This document shows, piece by piece, positions 27,433-36,939 of a DNA stretch of 40,322 nucleotides. The notes under the pieces were generated by a model. That model was given only the letters and a program-made list of their open reading frames with translations. It had not been told where the DNA came from and searched no databases. The number at the start of each line of letters is the position of its first letter. Position 1 is the stretch's first letter. A program made the translations under genes and the position numbers. The DNA comes from a candidate division WOR-3 bacterium (GTDB taxonomy: Bacteria; Hydrothermota; Tepidihabitantia; SM23-42; JAOAFX01): positions 1-40,322 of the forward strand of contig JBDRWI010000015.1 in the NCBI GenBank assembly GCA_039802265.1. The letters are read 5' to 3'.

Positions 27433-28440
27433 CTACCGAGTTATTACATTGATAATGAAATTAATAAGTTCTGAATTGACAAATGGATTTATGAAAGTCT
27501 TTTTTTCTATTTTAATATTGCCGAATTCACCTTGGGATGAAATAGCAACGATTCTATTTTGCTCCATTAAGTATCGGTCAACTGCACCTGGTTTACCTTT
27601 AAATACTGTATATGCAGGCGTGCCTAAAATTGCTGCTTCCCGATTCATTGTGCCACCTGCACTGAGCACAAGATCAGAATAATATATTAAGTTTCTACCA
27701 TCAACAGCATTATCAATGACGATGAGATTACTGTATTTCATTTCCATTAGAATGCGCCGCTGGGCTAAAGAGCGCGGAATTACCAGGACAATTACATTAT
27801 TGTGTTCAACGAGATATTTTAATGCTTCATAAAATAAGTCATTTTCAAATTGATGGTATAATGCCATCGTTGCCGGCGGTCTTGCGGTAATAATAACCTT
27901 ATTCTTGTCTATGCCCATTGAATTAAGAAAATTGGGGTCGGGTTTAAAGTCAGAAAGATAGACTTGTTCTTTCAATCCAGGATATTTAACTGCCTTGTTT
28001 ATGGCGCCAAATCTACTTAAAGATGCCACAGGAAAATATGTTGGAACAATTACCTTACTGGCAAAACGGAACGTCAGGTGATTCAATGGTTGATATTCAT
28101 AATCCATAAAGACAAACGAAGGTAGACCCATAAATCGTGCTGCCAAAACCAACGATGGCGAATTGAAGGTTAGGGCACGGTCAATCTTTTTATCTTTTAT
28201 ATATTCATATAACGATTGACTGCGCACTAAGACATCTAAAAATTTCCGACCGATATTTGCTCCAGCGTGGGCGCCGATCAAAGTGTGGGACATATTAAAG
28301 TTATTCAGCAAAGGTACAGTTTGGGCATATTCACGCGCGGTTATCAATACTGAATGCCCCTGCTTTCTCAATCGTTCAATTATTGGCGTAAAGAACAAGA
28401 CATGGGGCGAGTTTACAATATCAATCCAGAATTTCATCAA
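27433..28440 (-). CDS. DUF354 family GT-B fold protein
   Basis: WIDIVNSPHVLFF, TAREY, DYE, SAGGTMNREAAILGTP. Confidence 0.8.
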   Translation of the reverse strand: MMKFWIDIVNSPHVLFFTPIIERLRKQGHSVLITAREYAQTVPLLNNFNMSHTLIGAHAGANIGRKFLDVLVRSQSLYEYIKDKKIDRALTFNSPSLVLAARFMGLPSFVFMDYEYQPLNHLTFRFASKVIVPTYFPVASLSRFGAINKAVKYPGLKEQVYLSDFKPDPNFLNSMGIDKNKVIITARPPATMALYHQFENDLFYEALKYLVEHNNVIVLVIPRSLAQRRILMEMKYSNLIVIDNAVDGRNLIYYSDLVLSAGGTMNREAAILGTPAYTVFKGKPGAVDRYLMEQNRIVAISSQGEFGNIKIEKKTFINPFVNSELINFIINVITR

Positions 28441-29633
28441 TCCCCCGCATTCAGCAATGTTAATGCATAATACATCCAGACATTGGGCCAGCGAAGATAC
28501 GGAATTTTAATGGTCAAATAATGTTTGGCTAAAATCTCTACTTTTTGGAAGTAGAAATAACCATTTTTCTCATCCCACATATTTTCAACTGCCCAGTTGG
28601 CAATCTTCATTGCCATTTTAATTGCGGCAAAGTCAAGATCCCTGAATTTTAAGCAAGTGATAATCCCCTGAGCTGAACCGTGCAGGTCAATTGGATGCTT
28701 CTTATTACTATAATACCTCGGACATCCATCCTCTTCAAAAAATGTCTTCTTGTAATATTCGTAGCCCTTCAATAAAATTTGTTTGAATCGATTATTATCT
28801 GAGTAATTCAAGTTAGCCATTATGTTTTTCAGGCTAACTAACACAAATCCGGTATGAAAATTATCAATGTATCCTTCTTTCTCTCCCGTGCCGTAGAACC
28901 AAGAACCATCCGCATTCTGAGATAACACACTATACAACGCAGACCTGTAGGCAAATTCACGCAGATATTCTTCTTTTGTAAAAGAATAAACCCGAGCCAG
29001 TAATTCGGCAGCAAGTAAATTTGCATTGTGGACGCATTTATTATCGATCGGCGAATAACTAAAACAGAATGGAATGTGCAATTCGCCTGTTTGTTTGAAT
29101 TGGCTTAATCTGTTAAGGTCGTTCAATATGAAATCGCAAGAACTCCGGCCAACATCAAGATAATTTTTGTCTTTTGTTATTTCATAGGCATCCAGAAAGG
29201 CATTGGCAATGCAGGCGGTATTTACGGCGGTTGGAGTCCCGGCCGGCAGGTAAAAAACTGCCGACTGCCAGTCAAAATTATATCCCCAGCAATAACCGCT
29301 AAAACCAGGGCTGCTGTAGACGATTAGCCAGTCAAGGATTTCTTGGGCATTTTGAAGATAAATTGGATTTTTAGTCTGCTTGTAGCGCAGTAAATATGCT
29401 CCGGCAAGCAGGCCCATTGCCTTTGGATTTCTTGTTTTTCTTACACCGAGAATTGGCCGAAGATTGATCGGAGACCTCTTCATAAATTGTTGAGCATACA
29501 ATCTTAGCCCTGGTAAACCAAATGTCAAGAATCTCAGAATCGGGCTGTTGAGGCCATCGTAAGGGTCGTAGCCGTTATAGCCATCGGTTTTAAGAAAATG
29601 CTCAAGTTTGGTGATTATCTGCTCAATTTCCAT
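28437..29633 (-). CDS. Conserved polysaccharide-locus protein with probable (alpha/alpha)-toroid fold
   Basis: GYDPYDGLNS, WGYNFDWQ, VHNANL, IDNFHTGF, YLRW motifs. Confidence 0.7.
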   Translation of the reverse strand: MEIEQIITKLEHFLKTDGYNGYDPYDGLNSPILRFLTFGLPGLRLYAQQFMKRSPINLRPILGVRKTRNPKAMGLLAGAYLLRYKQTKNPIYLQNAQEILDWLIVYSSPGFSGYCWGYNFDWQSAVFYLPAGTPTAVNTACIANAFLDAYEITKDKNYLDVGRSSCDFILNDLNRLSQFKQTGELHIPFCFSYSPIDNKCVHNANLLAAELLARVYSFTKEEYLREFAYRSALYSVLSQNADGSWFYGTGEKEGYIDNFHTGFVLVSLKNIMANLNYSDNNRFKQILLKGYEYYKKTFFEEDGCPRYYSNKKHPIDLHGSAQGIITCLKFRDLDFAAIKMAMKIANWAVENMWDEKNGYFYFQKVEILAKHYLTIKIPYLRWPNVWMYYALTLLNAGD

Positions 29634-29864
29634 ATATTATTTCAAGATGCATCTTAGATTGAAGACAGTCTCCATCGGCACCGTAGTCCCTTATGTGCAA
29701 TCTTTTTGATATTTAGCATTACTTGAGTGATTAGAAAATTTTTCATATTGCTATACCGGATGTGTCTGCGGTGTCAGTATCTTTTCAACAATACGCCTTT
29801 AGTAGAATATTGCCTTCAGTGTAGTATATCTTAATTCTCAAGTGCCTGCAGTGTGCTATTCTTT

Positions 29865-32087
29865 CTATGCTCCTGTCTTCAAATTTATTTCAGGTATAAA
29901 TTCTGTCTTTCCACTTATCAGCGATTCATTTATCGCAAATGTCGCCAGGGTCGCTTCAACGATTTCGGCAAAGGAAATTGGTGATGGTTTACCATTTTTA
30001 ATTGCATCAAGGAAGGCAATGACCTCATTTTTATGACCCTTATCCTGTTTCTGTTTTATTCTTTTACTTTTTCCGCCATCTGAAAAAATCATTTCGCAAA
30101 AATCGTCAATGATACAAATCTTCCCATTACCAAATATTTCTACACGTTCCTTGGGAAAACTACTATCGCCGACTGCAAAATAACTGATTGAACCAACTGA
30201 GCCATCTGTGTATTTCAATGTCACCAGGATATTCTCATCTCTTTTAACATTCTCGCCACTCAAAGACTCCGCATAAACCGATTCAAGCGGGGCACCAATA
30301 AAGTAATTTATTAAATCCACAAAATGGCAGACCTCACCAATTATCCTCCCTCCCTGTTCATATACCCAGTGATTTTGGGGTAGTGGACCGGCATTTACAC
30401 GGTAATTGATGAGAAAGGGACCGACTTTTTCGTGCAGAAATTCTTTTGCGTGCAGAGTTAGGGGTGCGAACCGGCGATTGAAGCCGATGAGTAGAATCGG
30501 CAAATCACCCTCACCCATACCCTTTCCCTTCAAGGGCGAGAAACTTGCAATGCTGTTATGAACTTTAATGATTTCATTAAGCTCTTCCTGATTCAAACAC
30601 AGGGGTTTTTCGCAGAAGGTATTTTTCCCGGACTTGAGCGATTCTATAATCAATTGGGCATGGAGATTATGTCTTGTTGCGATGAATATAGTTGTGATTG
30701 CTTTGTCGTTCAATAATTCTTTATAGTTGGTAGTGCAATATTTAAACCCATATTTTTGTGCAGTCATCTTTGCAATCGGACCCTGTATGTCGGCAAGGGC
30801 GATAAGGTTTATTCCTTCAAATCTCAAGTTGGGTAACAGAAAGGAACGGGCAAAATTCCCCGCGCCGATGAAGCCGACCGATACGGATGATGCACGATGC
30901 ACGATATCTGAGTCCGGATATTTTTCTTGACCAATTAATATCTTCGCTGTATGTTCTTTTTTGGTATCATATTCAAAGAGAACTCCAAGATATTTTTCTT
31001 TTGTCTTGCCAAGAATCAAATCATAGGCCCTTTGCGCATCTTCAATCTTGAATTTATGGGTAATCAATGGTGCGATATCCAATTTCTTTTCTGCCATTAA
31101 ATTTAAGACCGCCTCCATATTTCTCTTTTCAGTCCAGCGCACATAACCAATCGGATAGTCAATTCCCTTCTCTTCATACTGTGGGTCATATCTCCCTGGA
31201 CCATAGGAGCGAGATAAAATAACTGAAAGTTCTTTTCTATAATACGGCTCTCTGGGAAAGTCAAGTTTCGCCACCCCCACAAGGACTATCTTTGCCCTAT
31301 CCCTTGCAATCTGGGGTGCAAGTAAGAATGGTTCATTACTTTCTGTTGCCGCAGTAATGATAACCGCATCGGCACCATTTCCTGAAGTTTGATAATAGAT
31401 ATTTGATACAAGATTTTTCGATCTGGCATTAAATGCGAAAACCGCGCCCACCTTTTTTGCCAACTCTATTTTTTCGTCATCTATATCAAGTCCAATAACC
31501 CGACAACCTGCTGCCTTGAGTATCTGGACTGTAAGTTGACCCAATAATCCAAGGCCGATAACTGCAACAGTTTCGCCAACCCGAACATCTGCCTGTCTTA
31601 TCCCCTGTAATGCAATTGAACCGAGTGTAGTAAATGAAGCCCAGTCAAGAGGAACACCTGCCGGGACCTTTGCACATAGATTTTCTGGAACACAGATGAC
31701 TTCGGCGTGGTTTGCATATCCGGCACCCGCACAGGCAACCCTCTCCCCTACTTTTATTGAGTTCACGCCCTCTCCAACTTCCAATACCACGCCAGCACTA
31801 CTATAACCCAGTGGAGTAGGCATCTCCAGCCTTTCCATTGCGGTTTTATAAGCAGTGATTAACCCCTGTTTCTTTGCCAGATTCAAAACGCGCTTAAAAT
31901 CCTGTGGCCTTGATTTTGCCTTTTGTAAAAGGCTCTTTTTTGCAAGCTCTATACTTGTCCGCTCGGTTCCCACACTGATTAAAGAATACGCATTCTGAAC
32001 TAAAATCATTCCAGACTGGACAACCGGGGTTGGGACCTCTTCTACCGAAGATTTCCCTGTTCTATAATTTTGTATAATTTGTTTCAT
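29865..32087 (-). CDS. Bi-domain oxidoreductase (MDR/Zn-ADH-like plus Gfo/Idh/MocA)
   Basis: SLISVGTE, LGYSSAG, GLGLLG, SRSYGPGRYD; then IGAGNFA, EKPL, GFNRRF, GEVCHFVD. Confidence 0.88.
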   Translation of the reverse strand: MKQIIQNYRTGKSSVEEVPTPVVQSGMILVQNAYSLISVGTERTSIELAKKSLLQKAKSRPQDFKRVLNLAKKQGLITAYKTAMERLEMPTPLGYSSAGVVLEVGEGVNSIKVGERVACAGAGYANHAEVICVPENLCAKVPAGVPLDWASFTTLGSIALQGIRQADVRVGETVAVIGLGLLGQLTVQILKAAGCRVIGLDIDDEKIELAKKVGAVFAFNARSKNLVSNIYYQTSGNGADAVIITAATESNEPFLLAPQIARDRAKIVLVGVAKLDFPREPYYRKELSVILSRSYGPGRYDPQYEEKGIDYPIGYVRWTEKRNMEAVLNLMAEKKLDIAPLITHKFKIEDAQRAYDLILGKTKEKYLGVLFEYDTKKEHTAKILIGQEKYPDSDIVHRASSVSVGFIGAGNFARSFLLPNLRFEGINLIALADIQGPIAKMTAQKYGFKYCTTNYKELLNDKAITTIFIATRHNLHAQLIIESLKSGKNTFCEKPLCLNQEELNEIIKVHNSIASFSPLKGKGMGEGDLPILLIGFNRRFAPLTLHAKEFLHEKVGPFLINYRVNAGPLPQNHWVYEQGGRIIGEVCHFVDLINYFIGAPLESVYAESLSGENVKRDENILVTLKYTDGSVGSISYFAVGDSSFPKERVEIFGNGKICIIDDFCEMIFSDGGKSKRIKQKQDKGHKNEVIAFLDAIKNGKPSPISFAEIVEATLATFAINESLISGKTEFIPEINLKTGA

Positions 32088-32221
32088 ATAAAATTCCTCG
32101 CTTTGTTAGTTCTATTTGCCTCATTGATTTTATTGGTTAAATTAGTGATAAACCAATTTAACCAACCCAACTACTTTTGCTATTCAAATAAATTATAAGA
32201 TTATTAATCTTTTCAGACCAC

Positions 32222-32342
32222 ATCATCTGCTACATAACAATGGCTAACCAATTCTGCACCTGAAACCGAGAATAATCGAGAAACTTTATTATTATTTCGG
32301 TGAAAAATCCTCAACAATATTTGCCACGAATATAACAGCATC
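32222..32342 (-). pseudogene. Decayed four-helix-bundle (23S rRNA IVP-like) gene remnant
   Basis: Minus-strand fragments DAVIFVANIVEDF, IKFLDYSR and SGAELVSHCYVADD, separated by stops and frameshifts, resemble the family pattern S..ANIAEG...F..FL...RGS..E....L..A. Confidence 0.6.
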
Positions 32343-32389
32343 CAGTTCTCTTTCAGCCAATAAAATCAATAAAACTAATAATGGAAGTT

Positions 32390-34342
32390 TTACAAGGAAA
32401 TCGGGCTACTACCATCACTATCAATAAATGTCCGAAACCAGACTTCAAGGGTCAAAAATGCCCAGATGCGCAGGGCATTGTCTTCTTTTCCAGATTTATT
32501 TTCTTCTATTATCTTCTTTACATATTCATAGTTCAGATAACCTCTATTCTTTACTGTTTTTTCACTTACCAATTCCTCAATTAAGGAATTTAAATCCCGG
32601 GCAATCCAGGAACGAAGTGGTGCACCGAATGGTGCCTTGGGTCTGTTGATTATCACCTCGGGCAGGGCACCTTTCAGCGCCTTTTTTAGGATATATTTCT
32701 GCCTGAAATTCATTATCTTTTCATACGCCGGTAGTCTGAATGCGAACTCAACAATTCTATGGTCAAGAAATGGGGGCCTTACTTCAACTGATGCAGCCAT
32801 ACTCGCCTTGTCAGTATAAGTGAGATTAAGGCATGGTAGATACATCTTTGTATCACAATAACACATTTGATTGATAATATTTTCGTTTTTAATTTTTTCT
32901 TTAAGATCGTAAAACTGTTTTATCGGAAACAATTCGTGATATACCTTGTGAAAATCAGAATTCAATAGCCTTATTATCTCAAATTGGCTGTAATAACTTG
33001 AATTTCTAATGTAACTCAAAAAACTATAGGGAGAGGCACTACGGGCAAACCACTTTGCCCATCTAAATAATCTATATCCCCTATTCGCACTTGCTACCGA
33101 TAAATTACCAAGAATGCCATCAGCAAGTGATTTTCTAATTTCAACCGGCAAAAGTCTGAAGAAATTGTCCACCCTGACCGAAAGATATTTTCGGTAGCCC
33201 CCAAAGATTTCGTCGCCGCCCATACCAGAAAGTAATACAGTGGTTCCATTTTCCTTTGCTGATTTGCAGATGAGATAAGTATTTATTGCCGCGGGGTCGG
33301 CAATTGGTTCGTCAAGGTGCCAGATAATTTTAGGTAATAACTTAATAATATCGGGTTTGATTATAAACTCCCTATGATTGGTATTGAAATATTTTGAAAC
33401 CAATCTTGCATACTTACTATCATCAGGCATTGCTTCAAAAGATTGGTCTTCTTTGGAAAAGGCAATGGTATAAGTTGTCACCGGTTGGTCAGTAATCTGG
33501 GTCATCAGTGCGACGATAGCACTTGAATCAAGCCCACCACTTAGGAATGCACCGAGCGGAACATCACTAACCAATTGATATTTCACACTATCTTTTAAAA
33601 GTTCAAATAATCTTTCTGGCGTATTATTATCAAAATCTTCCCTTATATCAATATGAACGTCCCAGTATTTATGGGTTGAAATATTATTGTTCTTAAAAAC
33701 AAGATAATGTCCAGGCAAAAGTTTAAATATATTCTTTAGCATCGTCTTTTCATTCGGGACCCATAATAACAAGAGCACTGAATAAAGTCCATCAAGCTCT
33801 GCTTGCCGATTAATTCCGGGAATTTGTAAAATAGATTTTATCTCTGAAGAAAAGATAAATTTATTATTTAACTTAGTATAATAAATTGGCTTTATTCCAA
33901 GTCTATCGCGGGCAAGAAAGAGAGACTGATTCTTCTCATCCCATATTCCAAAGGCAAACATCCCATTGAACTTATGCAGACAATCAACACCCCATTCTTC
34001 ATAAGAATGAAGCACTACTTCGGTATCAGTATTTGATTTGAACATATGCCCTTTTTGTTCAAGGGCTATGCGTAATTCTTTGAAATTATAAATTTCACCA
34101 TTATAGACAATCCAGATTGTTCGGTCTTCGTTTGCCATCGGTTGATGTCCGGCTGGTGATAAATCTATGATAGACAATCTTGTATGGGCAAGGCCCACAT
34201 TATATTGCATAGTGCCTGCTGCATAGTACTTGGTGAAAGTACCAAAGTCATCCGGTCCCCGGTGGGTCATCAGCCTCGTGGCCTTTTCCAGAATATTTTT
34301 TTCTATCGGTTCTTTAGAGATTATGCCAAATATGCCACACAT
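32390..34342 (-). CDS. asnB: Asparagine synthase (glutamine-hydrolysing) family amidotransferase
   Basis: MCGI, HRGPD, RLSIID, NGEIYN, RDRLGIKP, LSGGLDSS, SGMGGDE, EVRPPFLD. Confidence 0.93.
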   Translation of the reverse strand: MCGIFGIISKEPIEKNILEKATRLMTHRGPDDFGTFTKYYAAGTMQYNVGLAHTRLSIIDLSPAGHQPMANEDRTIWIVYNGEIYNFKELRIALEQKGHMFKSNTDTEVVLHSYEEWGVDCLHKFNGMFAFGIWDEKNQSLFLARDRLGIKPIYYTKLNNKFIFSSEIKSILQIPGINRQAELDGLYSVLLLLWVPNEKTMLKNIFKLLPGHYLVFKNNNISTHKYWDVHIDIREDFDNNTPERLFELLKDSVKYQLVSDVPLGAFLSGGLDSSAIVALMTQITDQPVTTYTIAFSKEDQSFEAMPDDSKYARLVSKYFNTNHREFIIKPDIIKLLPKIIWHLDEPIADPAAINTYLICKSAKENGTTVLLSGMGGDEIFGGYRKYLSVRVDNFFRLLPVEIRKSLADGILGNLSVASANRGYRLFRWAKWFARSASPYSFLSYIRNSSYYSQFEIIRLLNSDFHKVYHELFPIKQFYDLKEKIKNENIINQMCYCDTKMYLPCLNLTYTDKASMAASVEVRPPFLDHRIVEFAFRLPAYEKIMNFRQKYILKKALKGALPEVIINRPKAPFGAPLRSWIARDLNSLIEELVSEKTVKNRGYLNYEYVKKIIEENKSGKEDNALRIWAFLTLEVWFRTFIDSDGSSPISL

Positions 34343-34357
34343 TTGGAGTTTTTAGTT

Positions 34358-35221
34358 TTATTTCTTCCCATAAACAAACAAATACCAGCCGAATCTCTTT
34401 GCCAGTAATCTTTCAAACCAGAAAGGTGCTAATTTTGTATATTTTCTTAATGGCAGATGTGCAACCCTAAACTTAAGGTCCCCAAATTGATCAAAAAGTT
34501 TTTTCACATCATCTTTAGTATATGCTCTGGCAATGGGACACTCTACACCATCGGTAGCATGATTTAAAAATTCTGATGGTCTAAAATAATTTTTACCGAT
34601 TTTGATAAAATTTTGGTAATGTTCTTCAAGCCACCTCTTTTTTAATTTCTTAGTTAAAATGGGTCTAAATATAATATAGATTAAAACAATCATTCGTAAT
34701 ACAATCATAATCCTGAAATAGTAGTTAAGGCTATTTTTATGATAAAGCATAATAATTATCTCACCGTCTGGTTTTAATACACGATAAATTTCGTTGATAG
34801 CCTTTTTAATATCAGGGGTATGATGCAAAACACCATGGGCATATACCATATCAAAACTTTTATCGGCAAAATCCATTTCTTCTACGTTCTCAATCTTAAA
34901 TTCTCCATTTAGATTGAAGAGTTGAAAATGGTTTTTAGTTGCATTAACAGCGGACTCTGTTAAATCAATGCCGGTATAGATTGCCCCATTCTCTGCAAAA
35001 CGCCTGCCATCCGCCCCCATACCACAACCAACTTCAAGAACTTTTTTCTCTTTATATCTATCGAAAGAAACAAATTCATTTAAATGCCATTCGGTTGTAT
35101 ACCTGAATCTTGAATATTCTTCAAAAAATTCTCTTGTGCCGAAACGATTTTTAATAAATTGTTTACCGCAGATATTTTGATTCCAGAAGGATTTGACTTC
35201 TTTTATTTCAAGGTTTTGCAT
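34358..35221 (-). CDS. Class I SAM-dependent methyltransferase
   Basis: VLEVGCGMG, FDMVYAHGVLHH, RVLKPDG. Confidence 0.88.
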   Translation of the reverse strand: MQNLEIKEVKSFWNQNICGKQFIKNRFGTREFFEEYSRFRYTTEWHLNEFVSFDRYKEKKVLEVGCGMGADGRRFAENGAIYTGIDLTESAVNATKNHFQLFNLNGEFKIENVEEMDFADKSFDMVYAHGVLHHTPDIKKAINEIYRVLKPDGEIIIMLYHKNSLNYYFRIMIVLRMIVLIYIIFRPILTKKLKKRWLEEHYQNFIKIGKNYFRPSEFLNHATDGVECPIARAYTKDDVKKLFDQFGDLKFRVAHLPLRKYTKLAPFWFERLLAKRFGWYLFVYGKK

Positions 35222-36035
35222 GTTTTTTAATCAGGGAACTAATTATTTCTTTCGCATTCTCACTGAAGGTCTTCGCAAATGCATAGTTTTCAATAAGACC
35301 TTCTAAATCATATCTTATGCTCGCTTTATCAATCGTGCTGACAATTTCCATCAGTTTTGGATATAATTCTGATTTATCTCTGATTCCTTCAATACAATCT
35401 ATATTCGGCTCAACCCCTTGCTCAAGATACCACATCAAATCATAGTAATCCCTGCCTTTAACCGCTGCCAATATCTTCCCTGTTTTATTGGTTCTTTCCC
35501 ATTTCCTGTATAGAATTGCACGAATCTTTGTTGCCATCAAGGTTGGCAAATCAAAACTCTTTACTAATATGGACTCGCCAAATTTAAAAATAGGTTTTAT
35601 CTCAATACGGTATCTTTTGCAGAAGTCAAAAGTTGTATAGACTTCTATTTTTAAAAATAGAAAATTTGATTCAGATGTTTTTGCAAGATTCAGCAAATGG
35701 AGTATAGGGAATTTCAATACGCACCTGAATTTCTGAATTTTAAAAGTTGCCATAAGATTGTGCTTTTTTGCGAAAAAACTTATGAGGTCACTTGATAGTT
35801 TTCCAAGATTAATTTTTTTTCCAATATCTACGAAATCAAGGTCCTCTGATAAACGGGGCAATCCGTAGCAATGTCTTAAGGAAGAACCGCCGTAGAAAAT
35901 TAAATTGTTGTATTCATTATGAGAATAGATAAAAGAAAGAGTAAGAACTTGAAGATACTCTTTCACAACATTCCTCTTAAACACTACCGGAGAGTCTTCC
36001 TTTTCTGCTAATATTGTTCTGATATATTCGTGCAT
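35208..36035 (-). CDS. abiEii: AbiEii-family nucleotidyltransferase (type IV TA toxin)
   Basis: FYGGSSLRHCYGLPRLSEDLDF, ATKIRA, KGRDYYDL. Confidence 0.88.
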   Translation of the reverse strand: MHEYIRTILAEKEDSPVVFKRNVVKEYLQVLTLSFIYSHNEYNNLIFYGGSSLRHCYGLPRLSEDLDFVDIGKKINLGKLSSDLISFFAKKHNLMATFKIQKFRCVLKFPILHLLNLAKTSESNFLFLKIEVYTTFDFCKRYRIEIKPIFKFGESILVKSFDLPTLMATKIRAILYRKWERTNKTGKILAAVKGRDYYDLMWYLEQGVEPNIDCIEGIRDKSELYPKLMEIVSTIDKASIRYDLEGLIENYAFAKTFSENAKEIISSLIKKHAKP

Positions 36036-36038
36036 TTA

Positions 36039-36683
36039 TCAAAAGAGGTAGGAAAATATTTCCTGCATTCTCTTTGAGCCGTCCATCTCAATGTAGTTTT
36101 CTAAATTTCTTATCTCACCTTTGCTAAAAACATCAAGATTCAATCGTAGTTCCATAGCCATTTTTCTATTTAGAATCATTTTCTTTCTTAAATATAAGAA
36201 ATCAAAAAGGGCTTTTGCTTTCTCGGCCTTGAAGTAAAAATATCCATTTGATTTCTCTACCCTATAACCACAAAAAAGGTTATCTTTTATCTTGTGATAA
36301 ATAAAAACACCAATATTATTACGGACCGTGTAAGTCTTGTTTCTGGTCATCAGAGTAAAATTCACCGGGACATCAGTTAAAATATTGTTTTCGTATAACA
36401 CATACTCTAAACTTAAATAGGAAGGGGGATAGAGTTTTGTTGAGATAAACTCTATCAAGGATGTAAAAGTGCCATTGGTTTTAGCTTTTTCAACAAACTT
36501 TGTTGATATGTAAAATCCTCTTTTGAGACGAATAACCTTGTTCCTGCCTTCTAATCGCGAAAGAGCAATCCTAAGGTGGTGTGCAGGCACATCAAGAATT
36601 TTCAGGTTATCAAAAGTGAAATAGGGAAGTTTTTCTATATAAGAAAGAATCCGCTCATTAAGAGAAGTATCTTTGTTTCTCAT
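36039..36683 (-). CDS. AbiEi-like antitoxin / wHTH regulator
   Basis: IRLKRGFY, PSYLSLEYVL, AEKAKALFDFLY; directly upstream of abiEii; start ATG 36683 (ORF track TTG 36692). Confidence 0.8.
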   Translation of the reverse strand: MRNKDTSLNERILSYIEKLPYFTFDNLKILDVPAHHLRIALSRLEGRNKVIRLKRGFYISTKFVEKAKTNGTFTSLIEFISTKLYPPSYLSLEYVLYENNILTDVPVNFTLMTRNKTYTVRNNIGVFIYHKIKDNLFCGYRVEKSNGYFYFKAEKAKALFDFLYLRKKMILNRKMAMELRLNLDVFSKGEIRNLENYIEMDGSKRMQEIFSYLF

Positions 36684-36694
36684 AATATACAATT

Positions 36695-36722
36695 ATTATA
36701 TATTATTGGAAATGAAAATCAA
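36695..36722 (-). promoter_or_regulatory. Promoter TTGATT-N16-TATAAT of the AbiE pair
   Basis: Minus-strand hexamers. Confidence 0.55.
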
Positions 36723-36732
36723 GTATCTTCAG

Positions 36733-36939
36733 CACCCTCACCTTAATCCTCTCCCATCAAAGGAGAGGAATTTTTGGGGAAAACTTACCTTTTACCATCT
36801 CCCTTCAAGGGAGAGAGAGTGGTGAGGATCGCGTATTTTACTCCTTTCGTAATATTACACTTAATCATATGTAATTGTCAATGTATTACGACAACAGCGT
36901 ATGTGCAGCATTTACTTCGGGGTTAGAAACCCCTCCTAC
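36733..36939. repeat. REP-like elements: 36733-36768, 36795-36827, and GTAG-type GTAGGAGGGGTTTCTAACCCCGA (36917-36939, minus)
   Basis: Palindromes read directly; the GTAG element supplies the TAG stop of the GT4 gene. Confidence 0.7.

Noticed and set aside
29634..29864. Possible gene remnant between the oxidoreductase and the next gene
   Set aside because: The frames I translated are interrupted by stops and I recognised no family
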